64,000 nucleotides of DNA from Azolla caroliniana (GCA_043228905.1 JBHGNT010000021.1:7874001-7938000); one strand, 5' to 3'; counted from the stretch's first letter, positions 47,272 through 60,104 are shown. Numbers and translations are program-made. The notes: generated by a model from the sequence alone, not told the origin.

Positions 47272-48132
47272 TGTGAAGAATAGTGCAGAATATTGCTTGG
47301 CTAAAACTTACTCTTGAATGGGAGTGAGTGCACTTACACACACAAGGAACGATAGAAGATACACAAGATGTTTACGTGGAAAAACCTAATAGGGAAAAAC
47401 CACGGGAGCCCACAGACTCCAACTATCACTATATAGGAAAGGTACAAACAGAGACTCAGAGGCAATGACCCCGAGCTCTATATCTTCGCCAACCGGCAGT
47501 TACAACAGAGTATCACTCTGTATCTCCCTCTCTCTCTCTCTATACAACAATTGTATCAACAACAATATGGGAATAACCCACTAAAGTGATCGCCCTAAGT
47601 CATATTTATACTTATATGAACTTAGGGCTATTTACAAATATAGCCTCAATAGGCTTACTCAAAACATATTTACAAATATGTCTCCTCTTCCGGTTCTCAC
47701 AGGATGTTTATGTGGAAAACCCTAATAGGGACAAACCAAGAGCCTACAGGCTCGGAACTATCACTATATGAGAAAGTTACAATCAGAGACTCGGAGGCAA
47801 CGACCTCGAGCTTTGTTTCTTCGCCAAGCGGCGGTTACAACAGAAACCGTTCTGTATCTCACTTTCGCCCTCTCTTCCTCTCTCTCTCTACCACTTTTAT
47901 ACACATACTACAATATGACTACAACAACATCTAAAGTGATTGCCTAAGTCATATTTATACTTATATGAACTTAGGGCTATTTACAAATATAGCCTCAATA
48001 GGCTTACTCAAATATGTCTTCTCTTCCGGTTCTCACCGGGTCCACCGATCCGGTTTCGGGATCTCCTCGGGTTCTCACCATGTCCTCTTCATTCATGAAT
48101 GGATCCCATCTGGAGGGAACGATTTCCCAACA
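47272..48132 (-). repeat. Two fused partial Copia LTRs (47272-47700, 47701-48132)
   Basis: LTR core blocks occur twice; ends cccaaca next to the PPT. Confidence 0.8.
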
Positions 48133-48142
48133 ATATCCCCCT

Positions 48143-49093
48143 TCACTCCGATATGGGATGTCTTGCCGGCCCAATCCGCTTTCGGCACGCGTCCAGCTTG
48201 TCGGTTGTCAACACCTTGGTCAGCATATCTGACCCGTTCTCCTCCATGTGGATCTTCGTCAGCACGAACTCTTGATCTTCTACTCTCTCCCAGGTTCAGT
48301 GGTACCTCAGCTGGATATGTTTCGTCCGGGAATGGTAGGTGGAGTTCTTTGCAAGGTGGATGGCACTTTGACTCTCGTAGTAGAGCCGGTATTCCTCCTG
48401 TTGGATCCCTAGCTCTCCGATGAAGTTCTTCATCCAGATTATCTTCTTGTCAATTTCGACAACTGCCATGTACTCCGCCTTCGTGGTTGACAACGCAACC
48501 GTCTTCTGCAACCTCGATTGCCACGAAATAGCTCCCCCTGCACAGGTCTTGACATATCCGGATGTAGACCGACTGGTATCCGCATCAGCCGACATATCCG
48601 AATCGTTGAAGCCCTCCAAGAGGGGTTTACCGGAGCCAAATCAGAGACACATACTCGAGGTGTCTTTCAAATACTGGAGTATCCACTATACTGCGTTCCA
48701 GTGCTCTCTTCTAGGATTGCTCATGAACCGGCTCACCACTCTGACTGCATATCCGATATTCGGCCGGGTACATACCATCGCGTACATCAAGCTTCTGACG
48801 GTAGAGGCATATGGTATCTTCTTCATATTCGTCTTCTCCACCTTTGTCCTTGGGCTTTGTTTTCCAAATAGCTTGTAGTTTGCCGGATGTGTCGATCCGA
48901 CCGGTTTCACCTCCGACATGTTGAATCGTTGAAACACCTTTGTCATGTATTTCTCCTGTGACAACCACAACCGCTTCTTCGACCGGTCCCGGATGATGTG
49001 CATTCCCAATATTTGTCTTGCCGGATCCAAGTCTTTCATTTAGACGATTCGGTTCAGAGCCTTCTTCAGTATCCAAATCTTGCATGTAGATCT
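48143..49093 (-). pseudogene. pol: Copia J RT / RNase H fragment
   Basis: MKDL..ARQILGM, CTRPNI, RSTSGY, SWQSRLQ. Confidence 0.88.
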
Positions 49094-49553
49094 TGTCGGG
49101 AACCCAACGTTCCTTATGCACAAGGCTCAGCCACAACCGAGCTTAGAATGATACACAGAAAACGGGAAATAAACGAGACACAAAGAAGAGAAATGGTACA
49201 CAGGAGGTTTACGTGGAAAACCCCAAACTAGGGGAAAAACCACGGCAGCCCACAGGCTGCAAACTGTCACTATGTATGAATGCACAAAAAACAGTGAGTT
49301 CACGGAGGCAACGACCTCAGACTCACGCTCTTCGCCACAGGCGGCGGTTACAACAGAGGCAACGACCTCTTTCCCTTCCTGTACAACGTTACGCACACCA
49401 CTCTCGTGCAAAACAGAAAAATGACAACAACCAACTCAAAGTTTGCCCTAAGTCATATTTATACAAATATGACTTTTAGGCTATTTACAAATATAGCCTC
49501 GATGGGCTCTCAGAAACATATTTACGAATATGTCTCTTCCTCCGGTTCTGCAC

Positions 49554-49748
49554 CATCTGGCTCTCCGTAGCCGGGTACTCCTCATCCAGTTCACACCGGG
49601 CCTACACCATCCGGCTCTCCGTAGCCAGGTATTACTCATCCTGTTCATACCGGGTCTGTATCATCCGGCTCTCCGTAGCCGGGTACTACTCATCCGGTTC
49701 ATACCGGGTCTGTATCATCCGGCTCTCCGTAGCCGGGTACTCCTCATA
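49554..49748 (-). repeat. 54-bp tandem array (~3.6 copies) in the U3 of the K LTR
   Basis: cat.cggctctccgtagcc starts at 49554, 49608, 49662, 49716. Confidence 0.9.
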
Positions 49749-49835
49749 CCGTTTCGGCCTCGGCCGAGTTTGTTCGTCGGCCCTATTCTTCTCCCTTCCC
49801 ATCCGGAGGGACCTGTCTCCCAACAAACTCCCCCT

Positions 49836-50232
49836 TCACTCCGGCATGGGGTGTCTTACCAGTCCGATTCTCTTCCGACATGCATCCAGCTTGTCGGGTG
49901 TCAGCACTTTGGTCAGCATATCTGACCCGTTCTCGGCCGTGTGGATCTTCGTCAGTGCGAACTCCTGGTCATCTACTCTTTCCCAGATCCAGTGATACCT
50001 CCGCTGGATATGCTTTGTCCGGGAATGGTAGGCCGCATTTTTAGCGAGGTGGATGGCACTTTGACTGTCGCAATAGAGTCGGTATTCCTCTTGCCTTATA
50101 CCGAGCTCTCCGATGAAGTCCTTCATCCATAAAATTTCCTTGCCGGCTTCCACAGCCGCCATGTACTCCGCCTCCGTGGTTGACAATGCAACCGTCTTCT
50201 GCAGCCTCGACTGCCACGAAACAGCTCCCCCT
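49836..50232 (-). pseudogene. pol: Copia K RNase H (C-terminal part of pol)
   Basis: STTEAEY, YCDSQSAI, SRTKHI, SDMLTK. Confidence 0.92.
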
Positions 50233-50671
50233 TGTTACCGGCCGGCAAAGGAGTCCAGAGTGGGAAACAGAGAGCTAATTAAGTAGTAGGAATGTGGTTG
50301 TAATTAAGCTATGAGTGTGGACGGACGGACCGGAATCGGTATGCCGTTCCGGATCCGGACCGATCCCGAACAGGTGCGGATGGCACCGTTTTGTAATACA
50401 GACCGGAAACCTATTTAAAGGCCCGGATACAATGTATAGTCAGCGGTTAATTAATGAAAGCTTAAGCGTTGTTATATCTCTGTGTCAATTGCCGTTCTGT
50501 CTTAATTGTTATATCTTACGCGTGTTATGAAGACGATCCTAATAAGTAACTTAACTAAGTCGGATTAAGCGTTGAGGTCTAATCCGGTTGCCGTAACACC
50601 CTTTGGTGAAGTGTCTCACGTAGACACCCTGTGTTAGGCCATTGTCCGACCCGAAGAGTTAACACAGTTTT

Positions 50672-50682
50672 TGGCGACCACG
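50672..50682 (+). promoter_or_regulatory. PBS of Gypsy L (probably tRNA-Arg)
   Basis: tggcgaccacg, 7 nt after the LTR end. Confidence 0.7.
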
Positions 50683-50717
50683 ATTCCTGTTTTTGCAGCG
50701 AACGACGGCACGGATGG

Positions 50718-53700
50718 ATGTCTAGATCAACGCACGACCTGGTTACAGATCGAACTCGACGCCTTGCCGAAAGGCAAAGGAGACGCGAGGCTTTCCAGAA
50801 AGCGGCGCAGGAAATTAGAGCGGATCGCTCGTTTTCCAACGTAATCCGGAGAGTAGCAGAGGACTCCCACTGGTTACAGCAAACATCGCACCCGGATGAC
50901 GGCAGCAGCCTAAGCAGCCGCCGGGAAACCGAATCCCTTCTCCACGCGTTGGCAAACGGAGAAGGCGAAGCAGAGGCCTTTTCAGCATATGAATCGGACT
51001 CCGAAGGGGAATACAACGTGCACACGAACTACCGTAGCAGCAACGAAACCCCGGGCGGACCGGAGGACGAAGGATCGGATACCTTACCGACACCGGAACC
51101 GGAACCGGAAGTGCTAACGCTGGAACCCCCGGAACCAGCAGAAGAAGAATGACCTCTGACACCGGAAGTCGAGGAGGAGAGGCCTCCGTCACCAGCGGAA
51201 GAGAAACAACCGACACCGGAATCAAATCGGGAAAGACCACCGACACCGGAGAAAATTCCGGAACGAGCACCAACACTACCAGCCCGCGCACCGATACTGG
51301 ACGACGACATGCCGTTCCAATACTCTAAGTATAGAGATGATCCGGACGCGGAAGCTCATGTGCACGCATTTGAACAGACATGGGAAGCCAACCATGTGTC
51401 CCAGCGACTGACACCGGAGGAAGAAGAACGCTCTAAGATAGCAGAGTTTGGCGTCACATTGGAGGGACCGGCAGCAAGATGGCGCCGGACGCAGGACCCA
51501 TCTACCATCAACACCTTTGCAGATTTAAAAGCTAAATTCATGCATTTCTTTCAAAAGGAGGTGGACCAGACCGTAATGGTAGGCTTATTTTATACTATCC
51601 GGCAAGAGGCAGGGGAGAGCATTCCCCAATTTGTCATCCGGTTTCAACGGATGCATAGTCAGCTTACCCGTGCACCCCCGGAGGAGGAATTACGGATGAT
51701 ATTCCTAAACGCGCTCCGGGAACCCCTACGCACGGTTTGCACGGTAATCGATTTCCGTACAAGTACCATCGACCAGGTCATTGAACGGGTGAAAGAGATG
51801 GAAAAGACAAGCTCTTGGCTCACACTGGGCGCACTTCAACGGGTGTTACCGTCTGATGAAGACCTCCGGTTTCGGCAAGCAATACAGTGCACAACCTGCT
51901 TGAATTCCGGACACTCGGCTCTACAATGCACTATGAGGACGCAATGTGTAATCTGTCAGTCCAAGAGCCATACGACGGATAGGTGCGAGTATAATCTGTT
52001 GACTCGGCAAGCACCGCCCGTCCGACAAATTGAGCCACGCAGCAGCCGGGACAAAGAAGACGAACGCTGGCGGCTAATGGACCGTGACTGACCGGCACAG
52101 GATGTCCGGTATGGCGAGCGACGGGAAAATAATGCCCGGTACGGCGAGCGATAGGAAAATGATGTCCGGTACGGTGATCGGCGAGATAACTATGACCGAC
52201 ATGATCGGCACTAGGATTACAATAGACGATACGAACAGTACGACCGGGAGCACTCCCCCGGGTATCGTCAGCAACGGGAGGAATACGGCCGATATAATGG
52301 GCAACCCCGTCAAGAGTACCGTAATAAGAAGAGCTTTAACAAAAAACGACATTTTAAAAAAGGCGGCTACCCCCGGGATCCGGAACAAGGCGCTCCAAGT
52401 AGCCAACCGGTACAAAACCCCGCGCGTACCGTAGGACCTACCCCGGGTACAACAGACTATGCCGAATCTAGCAATGCCCGGAAAGCCTACTGCTACTACT
52501 GCAGACAGGAAGGCCATTATAGTAACCAATGCCCGGTGAAGAGCTATGAAAAACGACCGGCGGTAAATATGGTAGTCCCTGAGGTGGCAGACCTGCAGCA
52601 GGTGACCACAAGATCGAAGGGCATGGCTAAAGAATGGGAGACACAGGAGACCATCCGCAAACAAGCAACGGAATGGGTAAAGAAAGCAAACGAGCAGAAT
52701 GTCACAGACTTACAACAGCAAAAGGAGAACACCGCAGGGCTTGCCGGCGGTAGTCACTCCGAGAACGAGACATGGCAGGCGTTGCAAGAATGCCAGATTA
52801 CGTTACCACTAGGAAGACTCCTACAACTCATGCCTAGATTCACGGAAGGACTGAAGACGGCCATGACGGCAGGAGAACCATCACTGGCACCGGTACTCTT
52901 CTCGAATCCGGAGGAGGGACCAACAGTGGTAGACACCAGCAGTCCGGTAATCACTGCCATTGTAAAAGGGAAAGAACTCCCCGGCACAGTTATAGACGGA
53001 GGCTCTGGGGTAAATGTAATAAGCCTCCGGACGTGTGAGGACCTAGGAATCCACGAGTGGGAGCCGTGTCCGTTCTGGTTGCGGATGGCCGATACAAGCT
53101 CAGTGCGGCCGACAGGATTAATACGGAAATTAGAAGTCACCGTCGGCGGGCATACATTTCACATCTCGGCCATAGTGCTACAATTACAGGCACAAGGCGC
53201 ATACCCACTATTGCTGGGGCGGCCATGGTTGAAAACGACACATATCAAACAGAATTGGCGAAAAAATATAATTACCTTCCGGCGAGGAAAAGCCAAGGTA
53301 CGGGTACCAACACAACCAAGGACGAGTACTGGCAAGGAATGTACACCGTTGTATGCGGAATGCGTCAACATGCTCGAAGGGTTAGCGGACGAAGAAGAAG
53401 CTCAATACCTGCAGGAAAACCCGAAGATCATACTCCTCTTCGAAATTGACATTGCCGAGGCCGTAGCACCGTACTTACCGCAACCAGAAGAGGCGGAAGC
53501 AGAACCGGATAAAGACGCAATCCGGGAGTTACGGCAAGCGCAGGAAGCGTTGGAACGGGAAATGGCCGTTTCACAGTGCGTAAAAGCATCGCAACTGGAA
53601 GAGGTGAATTTAGGCACCACGGACGAAGCAAAACCGGTGCACATCGCCAAGGAGATGAAGTCTGGAGACAAAACGGAGATGATAACACTTCTCACGGAAT

Positions 53701-56467
53701 TTTGCGACGTATTCGCCTGGTCATACGAAGACATGCGAGGACTCGACCCTCAGTTATACCAGCATCAAGTGCACTTGAGCAAGGATGCAAAACTAGTGGC
53801 ACAAAGACGATACCAAATGAATCCCAATTATGCTGCCAAGGTCAAGGAAGAAATCGACAAACTGCTAAGAGTTGGCTTTATCCATCTGGTAAAGAAAGCG
53901 ACATGGCTGAGCCCGATTGTAGTCGTACCGAAGAAGAACGGAAAAATTCGAGTTTGCGTGGACTACCGGAAACTCAATGCGGCTACGGTAACAGATGCAT
54001 TTCCACTTCCGTTGACAGATGGAGTGTTGGATGCCGTCGCCGGCCATGAGGTCTATAGCTTCCTAGAAGGATTCAGCGGGTATAATCAGATCCGGATGCA
54101 CCCCGACGACCAGGAGAAAACGACATTCATCACCGAATGGGGGGTATTTGTGGCCGTGGTAATGATGTTCGGACTCAAAACGGCACCGGCAACGTTTCAA
54201 AGAATCATCATGGAAATCTTTGGTGAATATATACCGGCTTTTATGCAGGTTTTCCTTGACGATTTCGCCGTCTATAGCCGGGAGGAGGACCATTTTCAGC
54301 ACCTCCGTCTTTGTCTAGAAAAGTGTAGAGCGTACCGGCTAAGCTTGAATCCGGCAAAGTGTGTGTTTGGCGTGTCCAGTGGAACTTTATTAGGACATAT
54401 CGTAAGCCAGGAAGGTATAGCAGTCGACCCGGACAAAGTGAAAGCCATATTAGAAGCACCGGCGCCGGCAACGGCAAAGGCATTGAGCCGGTTCTTAGGC
54501 CAGATCCGGTGGCACAGCCGGATGCTCCGATACTTGGCCGATCTGGCTACACCATTGCATGCCGCCGTACATCGGACACCATTCCATTGGACCGATACTG
54601 AGGATAGGGCGTATAAGGCCCTCAAGGTACTGTTATCGCAGGCACCGGTATTGGAGTAAAGAATTTCACGTGTTCGTGGACGCCTCCAAAGTGGTACCGG
54701 CCAGTGCACTATGCCAGCCGGAAGCTATCCCAAGCAGAACGGAACTACTCTACTACGGAATGGGAAGCTCTAGGAATGATCTACAGTGTGACAAAGTTTC
54801 GGCACTATTTATTGGGAAGGAAGTTTTCCTTCCATGTAGATCATTCAACACTCCTTTACCTGGTGTCCAAGGCGTCACTCACCGGCAAATTGGCCCGATG
54901 GACCTTACTGTTACAGGAGTTCAAGTTTGAAATATTCCACCAACCCGGTATACAGCATGCCGTAGCGGATTACCTAAGCCGATTGGAGTCCGGAGAGACG
55001 GGTGACGGAGTACCGGATGAGTTTCCGGATGCGGAGCTGTTTCGAGTCACTACGGAGACGGCAACAGATGAGACAGTGGCCTAGGAAGACAAGTGGCTCA
55101 CAAATATGCACCAGTTTCTGAGCACAGGACTGCCTCCGGAAGAGCTGAACCGTGACAAACGGAAACGCCTGGCGGTACAAAGCCGACATTTCTGCTTACT
55201 GCAAGACACACTGTATCACAAGGGAGCTGACGGCATATGGAGACGGGCGGTGCGCAGCGATGAAAAGGAACTGATACTGAGGGAAGCCCACTGCGGAGTT
55301 GCCGGAGGTCACTATGCCGGAGATGCGACAGCCAGAAAAATATGGCAAAGTGGCCTATGGTGGCCAACGACATTAAGAGATGCGGTACGGTACGCAAAAG
55401 AATGTGACCTATGCCAGAGAATGGGCCAGCCAACGGAGCAGGCTCGTATGCCACACCAGCCGGTACTACCACTCGAGCCATTCCAAAAGTGGGGGCTGGA
55501 CTTTGTAGGACCGTTCAAGCCACCGGCAATGAGAACGGGTAATCGGTACGTTATCGTCGCTACGGATTACTGCACGAAATGGGTGGAGGCCAAAGCTTTA
55601 CGGGATAACACCGCTGCGTCAACGGCAAAGTTTCTATATGAGTACATCTGGTGCCATTACGGATGCCCCATTGAATTGATAAGTGACCAAGGGGGGCACT
55701 TTCTCGGACAAGTGGTGGAAAGCCTAACGACCTTCTATGCCGTGGTCCACAAACGAAGCACACCGTACTATCCACAGGCGAACGGATTAGCGGAATCAAC
55801 AAACAAGACGCTCCAGAACATCCTTCGAAAGATCGTCAACGAGAACCGGACGGATTGGGAGACAAAGTTACATAGCGCGCTTTGGGCATACCGGACGGCA
55901 TACAAAACGAGCATCCGAACAACACCGTTCCGGTTGGCGTTCGGACTCGAGGCGGTCATGCTGGTAGAATTTCAAGTACCTAGCTTACGGATTCAACTAC
56001 GAGAACGGCTGAACGAGAAGGAGTCGGAGACAATAAGGTTGACAGCGCTATGTGAGCTAGAGGAACAACGGTTGGCCAACATCCTACATTTAGAATTAGA
56101 GCAACGGCGACGGAAAGCATTCGTCAACCGGCACAGGAAAGGTAACGAAAAAATGTTCGCAATTGGCAAACCAGTGCTAGTATTCCAAACCCGGATGGGC
56201 AAGATGCCGGGTAAACTAAGGTTTAGATGGACCAGACCATATTGGCTAACACGGGAGTATAACGGGTCCTACCAGTTGGGGACACTTGCTGGCGAAGTGC
56301 TGGGCAAATGGGTGAATGGATTCCGGTTAAAGGCATATAGAGGACCGATGCCTAAGAACCCGTTTGAGCAAAGGACCGACGGCAACCACGAAGACGGCAG
56401 AGACGGCAAGCCGGTAACCGGAGAGAATGTGGCCGGTAAGGGTCCGGGAGGACCAACGGACATGTGA
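50718..56467 (+). pseudogene. gag-pol: Gypsy L gag-pol (gag with 3 CCHC knuckles, PR, RT, RNase H, INT); a few stops and RNase H deletions
   Basis: One frame from 50718 to 54659; VIDGGS, WLSPIVVVPKK, FLDDF, VFVDAS, ADYLSRL, GHYAG..CDLC, WGLDFVGP, SDQG. Confidence 0.93.
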
Positions 56468-56620
56468 CGTCACACTAATAATAATAATAACTGGAAAAAA
56501 AAAAAAAAAACAATCATGCAAAAGCGAGGAAGGAATGGATGAAAGAGCGTGGAGCGAAAAGGTACGTAGTGGGCATTTAAAGCGCCACCACAGGACAAAA
56601 TGCTATTTTAAGTACGCGAC

Positions 56621-59617
56621 ATGCACAAACTCGAAAAAGGCGCCAGAATGCACAGACAAAAACCATTGCGCGTAGAGACCCTCTATTTTCGCGAACCAAG
56701 GAGCACAGAAGCACCGAAACGCTGCAAGATTATCAGAAGAGAACCTGCGCACATAGAACCCCCACCTTCTGAACTCTCTCTTTCTCAACCCCGCTCTCAT
56801 CACCATCCATCCTCGCCACCGCAGTCCGACCCCGACACAGAAATGGACCCGCAAACGCTGTCGGAAGCCGCCAAGACATGGCTGATGCAACACGGGTTCG
56901 AGGGCTTCCTGATGATGATGGAAGTACCGCCACACAAAGAAGCCGACAAAGTGATCAAGGAAATCAATACAGAGGTCATAACGGCAGAGGCGATTCGAGC
57001 GTTAACAGGCCTTCCGGAGGGAGGCATACTCACGATCGACAATCCAACCCCGGAGCAACTCATCAGGTATTTTGGTGAGTACTCTCTAGCCAGCAAGGGC
57101 TATCGGACACAGGGCGGCGGAGATATGCTGTTCCGCGAAATTGCTTGTGTGCTCCATGAATACGGCCACGTATACCCTAGACCCCCTGTCATGCCGCAGA
57201 ACCGGGCAGGGATGATCATCGCCACCTATGAAGGGATCAAGGTTGATTGGCCGGTATTGATCGCAGACGGGTTGTGTGCGGCGATCGAGATCGTCAGAGG
57301 CAAAGACGGCAAAGAAGGCCGAGACGGACGAAGGATATGGCATGCCGTAACGCAGTGGCTCACCTTGCTGGTGTCACCCGTTCAGACCGTCCAGCCCAAG
57401 AAGCGAGGAAGAGTGTCGGACGGCACCCCAAGGACGGCTTCCAAACGGCAACAGTTGTTGGCCTCTAAGGCCAGTAAGGGAAAGGCGGCGGATGCAGACC
57501 ATGCGGCAGCAGGAAGTGGTAGCCAGAAGCGCCCAACGGAGGCGCAGGAGGAACCACCGGCACGGCCTGTAAAGGTCACACTCCGCCGACCGGTGAATCG
57601 AGAAGTGGACCCCTTGGCGGCAAAACTCAATGCCGGAGCTCAGGAGGAGGAAATAGAGGAGGAGCCTACGGACCACCTCCAGCAACGGTCGTCGGCAAGG
57701 ACCGTTGAGACAGCCGGGAAACGTTCGGACCCTCAGACGGAGGGAACACCGGCTCCCCATACTGAGACTCCTACGCCAAGGAAGGAACTGGAACCGGTGC
57801 AGATGGCACCGGAAACAGAAGCCCCGGCACCACCGGCAACACCAGCAAGTCCCATCCCGCCAGAGCCGGAAAGGTCACTGCAGCCTCCCTCGGTCAGCCA
57901 AGAAGAAGCGCAAGGGGACCAAGGACAGCAGGATGGTCCACGGGCAGAAACGGAACTGCAACTCGGCGGAACCAGGCGGGACCACCCCTCTACAAGTGAG
58001 CCCATCTATCAAACCTCCGTGCAAGCACAACAAGGCACCGGTAGCCTGTGGCTCCGGTGGATAGGCGAACAGATAGCCGGAGCAGTGGGGTATATAGAGG
58101 CAGAAGAAAGAGCGCAAAGTGAACGGTTGCTCGTCACAACCGAACAACTAGAGACGGCCTGGTCGAGAATCCAGTGTCTTGAGAAAGATTTGGATCAAGT
58201 CACGACAGAGATGGCTAAAATACGGATCCAATCACCGGTGACTCCGGTAAGTGTACAGAATAATGAAACGGAACGACCTGTACATAGGAATAAGACCCCG
58301 GCAACGGAAACCGTTCCGGCGAGAGATGCGGCGCAAGCTCGGGAGCTTGCGGGATTGAGAGAGGAACTTGCCGCACAAGAAGCGCTAAGGAGCCGTGAAC
58401 GAGAATTGAAGACGGCGGCCGAAGCTGAATTAAAGAAGACTGTTGAGAACCTCCGCCGGGCAGAGGAGAGCCTCCGGAAAGGCCATCAAGCGTACGACCG
58501 GCTAAAGGAGGAGAAAGACAAAGTGCTGCAGGAAAAGGACAAGTTGCGGAAAATGGCGGAAACAGAGATAGAACGGCTAAAGGAAGAGCTCCGCCAGCAG
58601 AAGGACCGCGAGGACCGGGCCCGTCATCAGATCAACGCACGACTCAAGCAAAAGACGGATGATTTTGAGCACCTGCACCGGGATTACAAATGGCTGGAAA
58701 TAGAGCATAAAGAACGGATAGCCGAGCTCCAGCAGGCAGTTGATCGGGCCGCAACGGCGATCGCCGACGAACGGGCGGAAAATACAAGACGCTTGGAAGA
58801 GGCGGAGAAGGTCCGGATGGAGCTCCAGAAGCAGCAGCAGGAAGACAAAGAGAGAGCATCTACAGTGTTGCAGAAATTACAAAGTACATATCAAAGGCAA
58901 CTGACGCATTACAAGGCGCAGGCGGAGGACAACGTAAAAATCATCAAACAACTGAAGGAGGAACGGCAAGCGGCGGAAACCAAATCGCAATTGGGAACGA
59001 GCCGGATTCAGTCCATCCTCCGGGCATGGCTGAATCAGACGAAGCACTTGATTGATGAAAGCTCCGTAAAATGGTGGACAAAGTGGGCACAAAACGCGGC
59101 GGAACTCCAGTTGCTACGGGCGGATGTGGCAAACCGGCGGAAGGAAGGAGATGACTGTTATACGCTAACTTCCGAGGACTTCACCGCCATACGGGACGAG
59201 CTCGCCGATGACTTCCAAGTCCTGGCAGATGAACAACTGGCGCAGGTCAGATAGCTCGTAGCTCAGCTAGACGATGATAGGCTGGACGCTCAAATCCAGT
59301 TTGAAAGCTACGAGCGGTCCCGGGTACGGGAAGAAAAAGCACAGGAAGCGACAACGGTTAACCTTAGTGATGAGGAACTGTCGTCGGCTGAGGGCCAGCC
59401 GGGAACCAGTCAACCGGAGACCACCACGACGCAGGGAGCAACGACGGAGACGCCGGTGTCAGAGCCACAAACGGAGGAGCAGCCGCAACAACCACCAACG
59501 GACCCGTCGCAGCAGACAGCAACAGAGCAGCAACAACAACAACAACAACAACCACTTCCAGATGAACCATTGGAGCCTCTCGAACAGAGCATTTTGGACA
59601 TTTTGGACGAAGAATAG
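56621..59617 (+). CDS. Additional ORF of Gypsy L: N-terminal globular domain, Pro/Glu-rich linker, long coiled coil, Q/E/T-rich tail; one premature TAG at 59252
   Basis: 877-aa ORF; the same frame stays open 59255-59617; likely start MDPQ at 56843. Confidence 0.8.
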
Positions 59618-59671
59618 CAAGGGTCGGTTGTGGATTCGACGTACAAGGTACTGTCCCACGGGCGTGCCATG

Positions 59672-60104
59672 TGTTACCGGCCGACAAAGGAGTCCAAAGT
59701 TGGAAACGGAGAGCTAATTAAGTAGTAGGAATGTGGTTGTAATTAAGCTATGAGTGTGGACGGACGGACCGGAATCGGTATGCCGTTCCGAATCCGGACC
59801 GATCCCGAACAGGTGCGGATGGCACCATTTTGTAATACAGACCGGAAACCTATTTAAAGGCCCGGATACAATGTAATAGTTAGCGGTTAATTAATGAAAG
59901 ATTAAGCATTGTTATATCTCTGTGTCAATTGCCGTTCTATCTTAATTGTTATATCTTACGCGTGTTATGAAGACGATCCTAATAAGTAACTTAACTAAGT
60001 CGGATTAAGCGTTGAGGTCTAATCCGGTTGCCGTAACACCCTTTGGTGAAGTGTCTCACGTAGACACCCTGTGTTAGGCCATTGTCCGGCCCGAAGAGTT
60101 AACA
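59672..60104 (+). repeat. 3' LTR of Gypsy L
   Basis: Direct repeat of 50233-50664. Confidence 0.96.

Larger units (their letters stand above)
50233..60104 (+). mobile_element. Full-length non-chromovirus Ty3/Gypsy element L (Athila/Phygy-like) with an extra 3' ORF; TSD CCCCT
   Basis: LTRs 50233-50664 and 59672-60104 (11 substitutions, 1 indel); cccct at 50228-50232 and 60105-60109. Confidence 0.96.

Noticed and set aside
49554-49748. Regularly spaced repeats resembling a CRISPR array
   Set aside because: Contiguous 54-bp tandem units without unique spacers, inside an LTR of a eukaryotic genome; no cas genes.
59628-59640. gtggattcgac resembling a tRNA T-loop/B-box
   Set aside because: No cloverleaf or A-box in the surrounding sequence.
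59274-59717. 147-aa ORF with a poly-Asn run
   Set aside because: Alternate frame of a (CAA)n tract; the likely real frame is the poly-Gln tail of the accessory ORF.
50233-60104. Inner element L has more divergent LTRs (11/432) than its host K (2/196)
   Set aside because: Only 196 bp of K's 5' LTR is visible, so the counts are too small to claim an age paradox.
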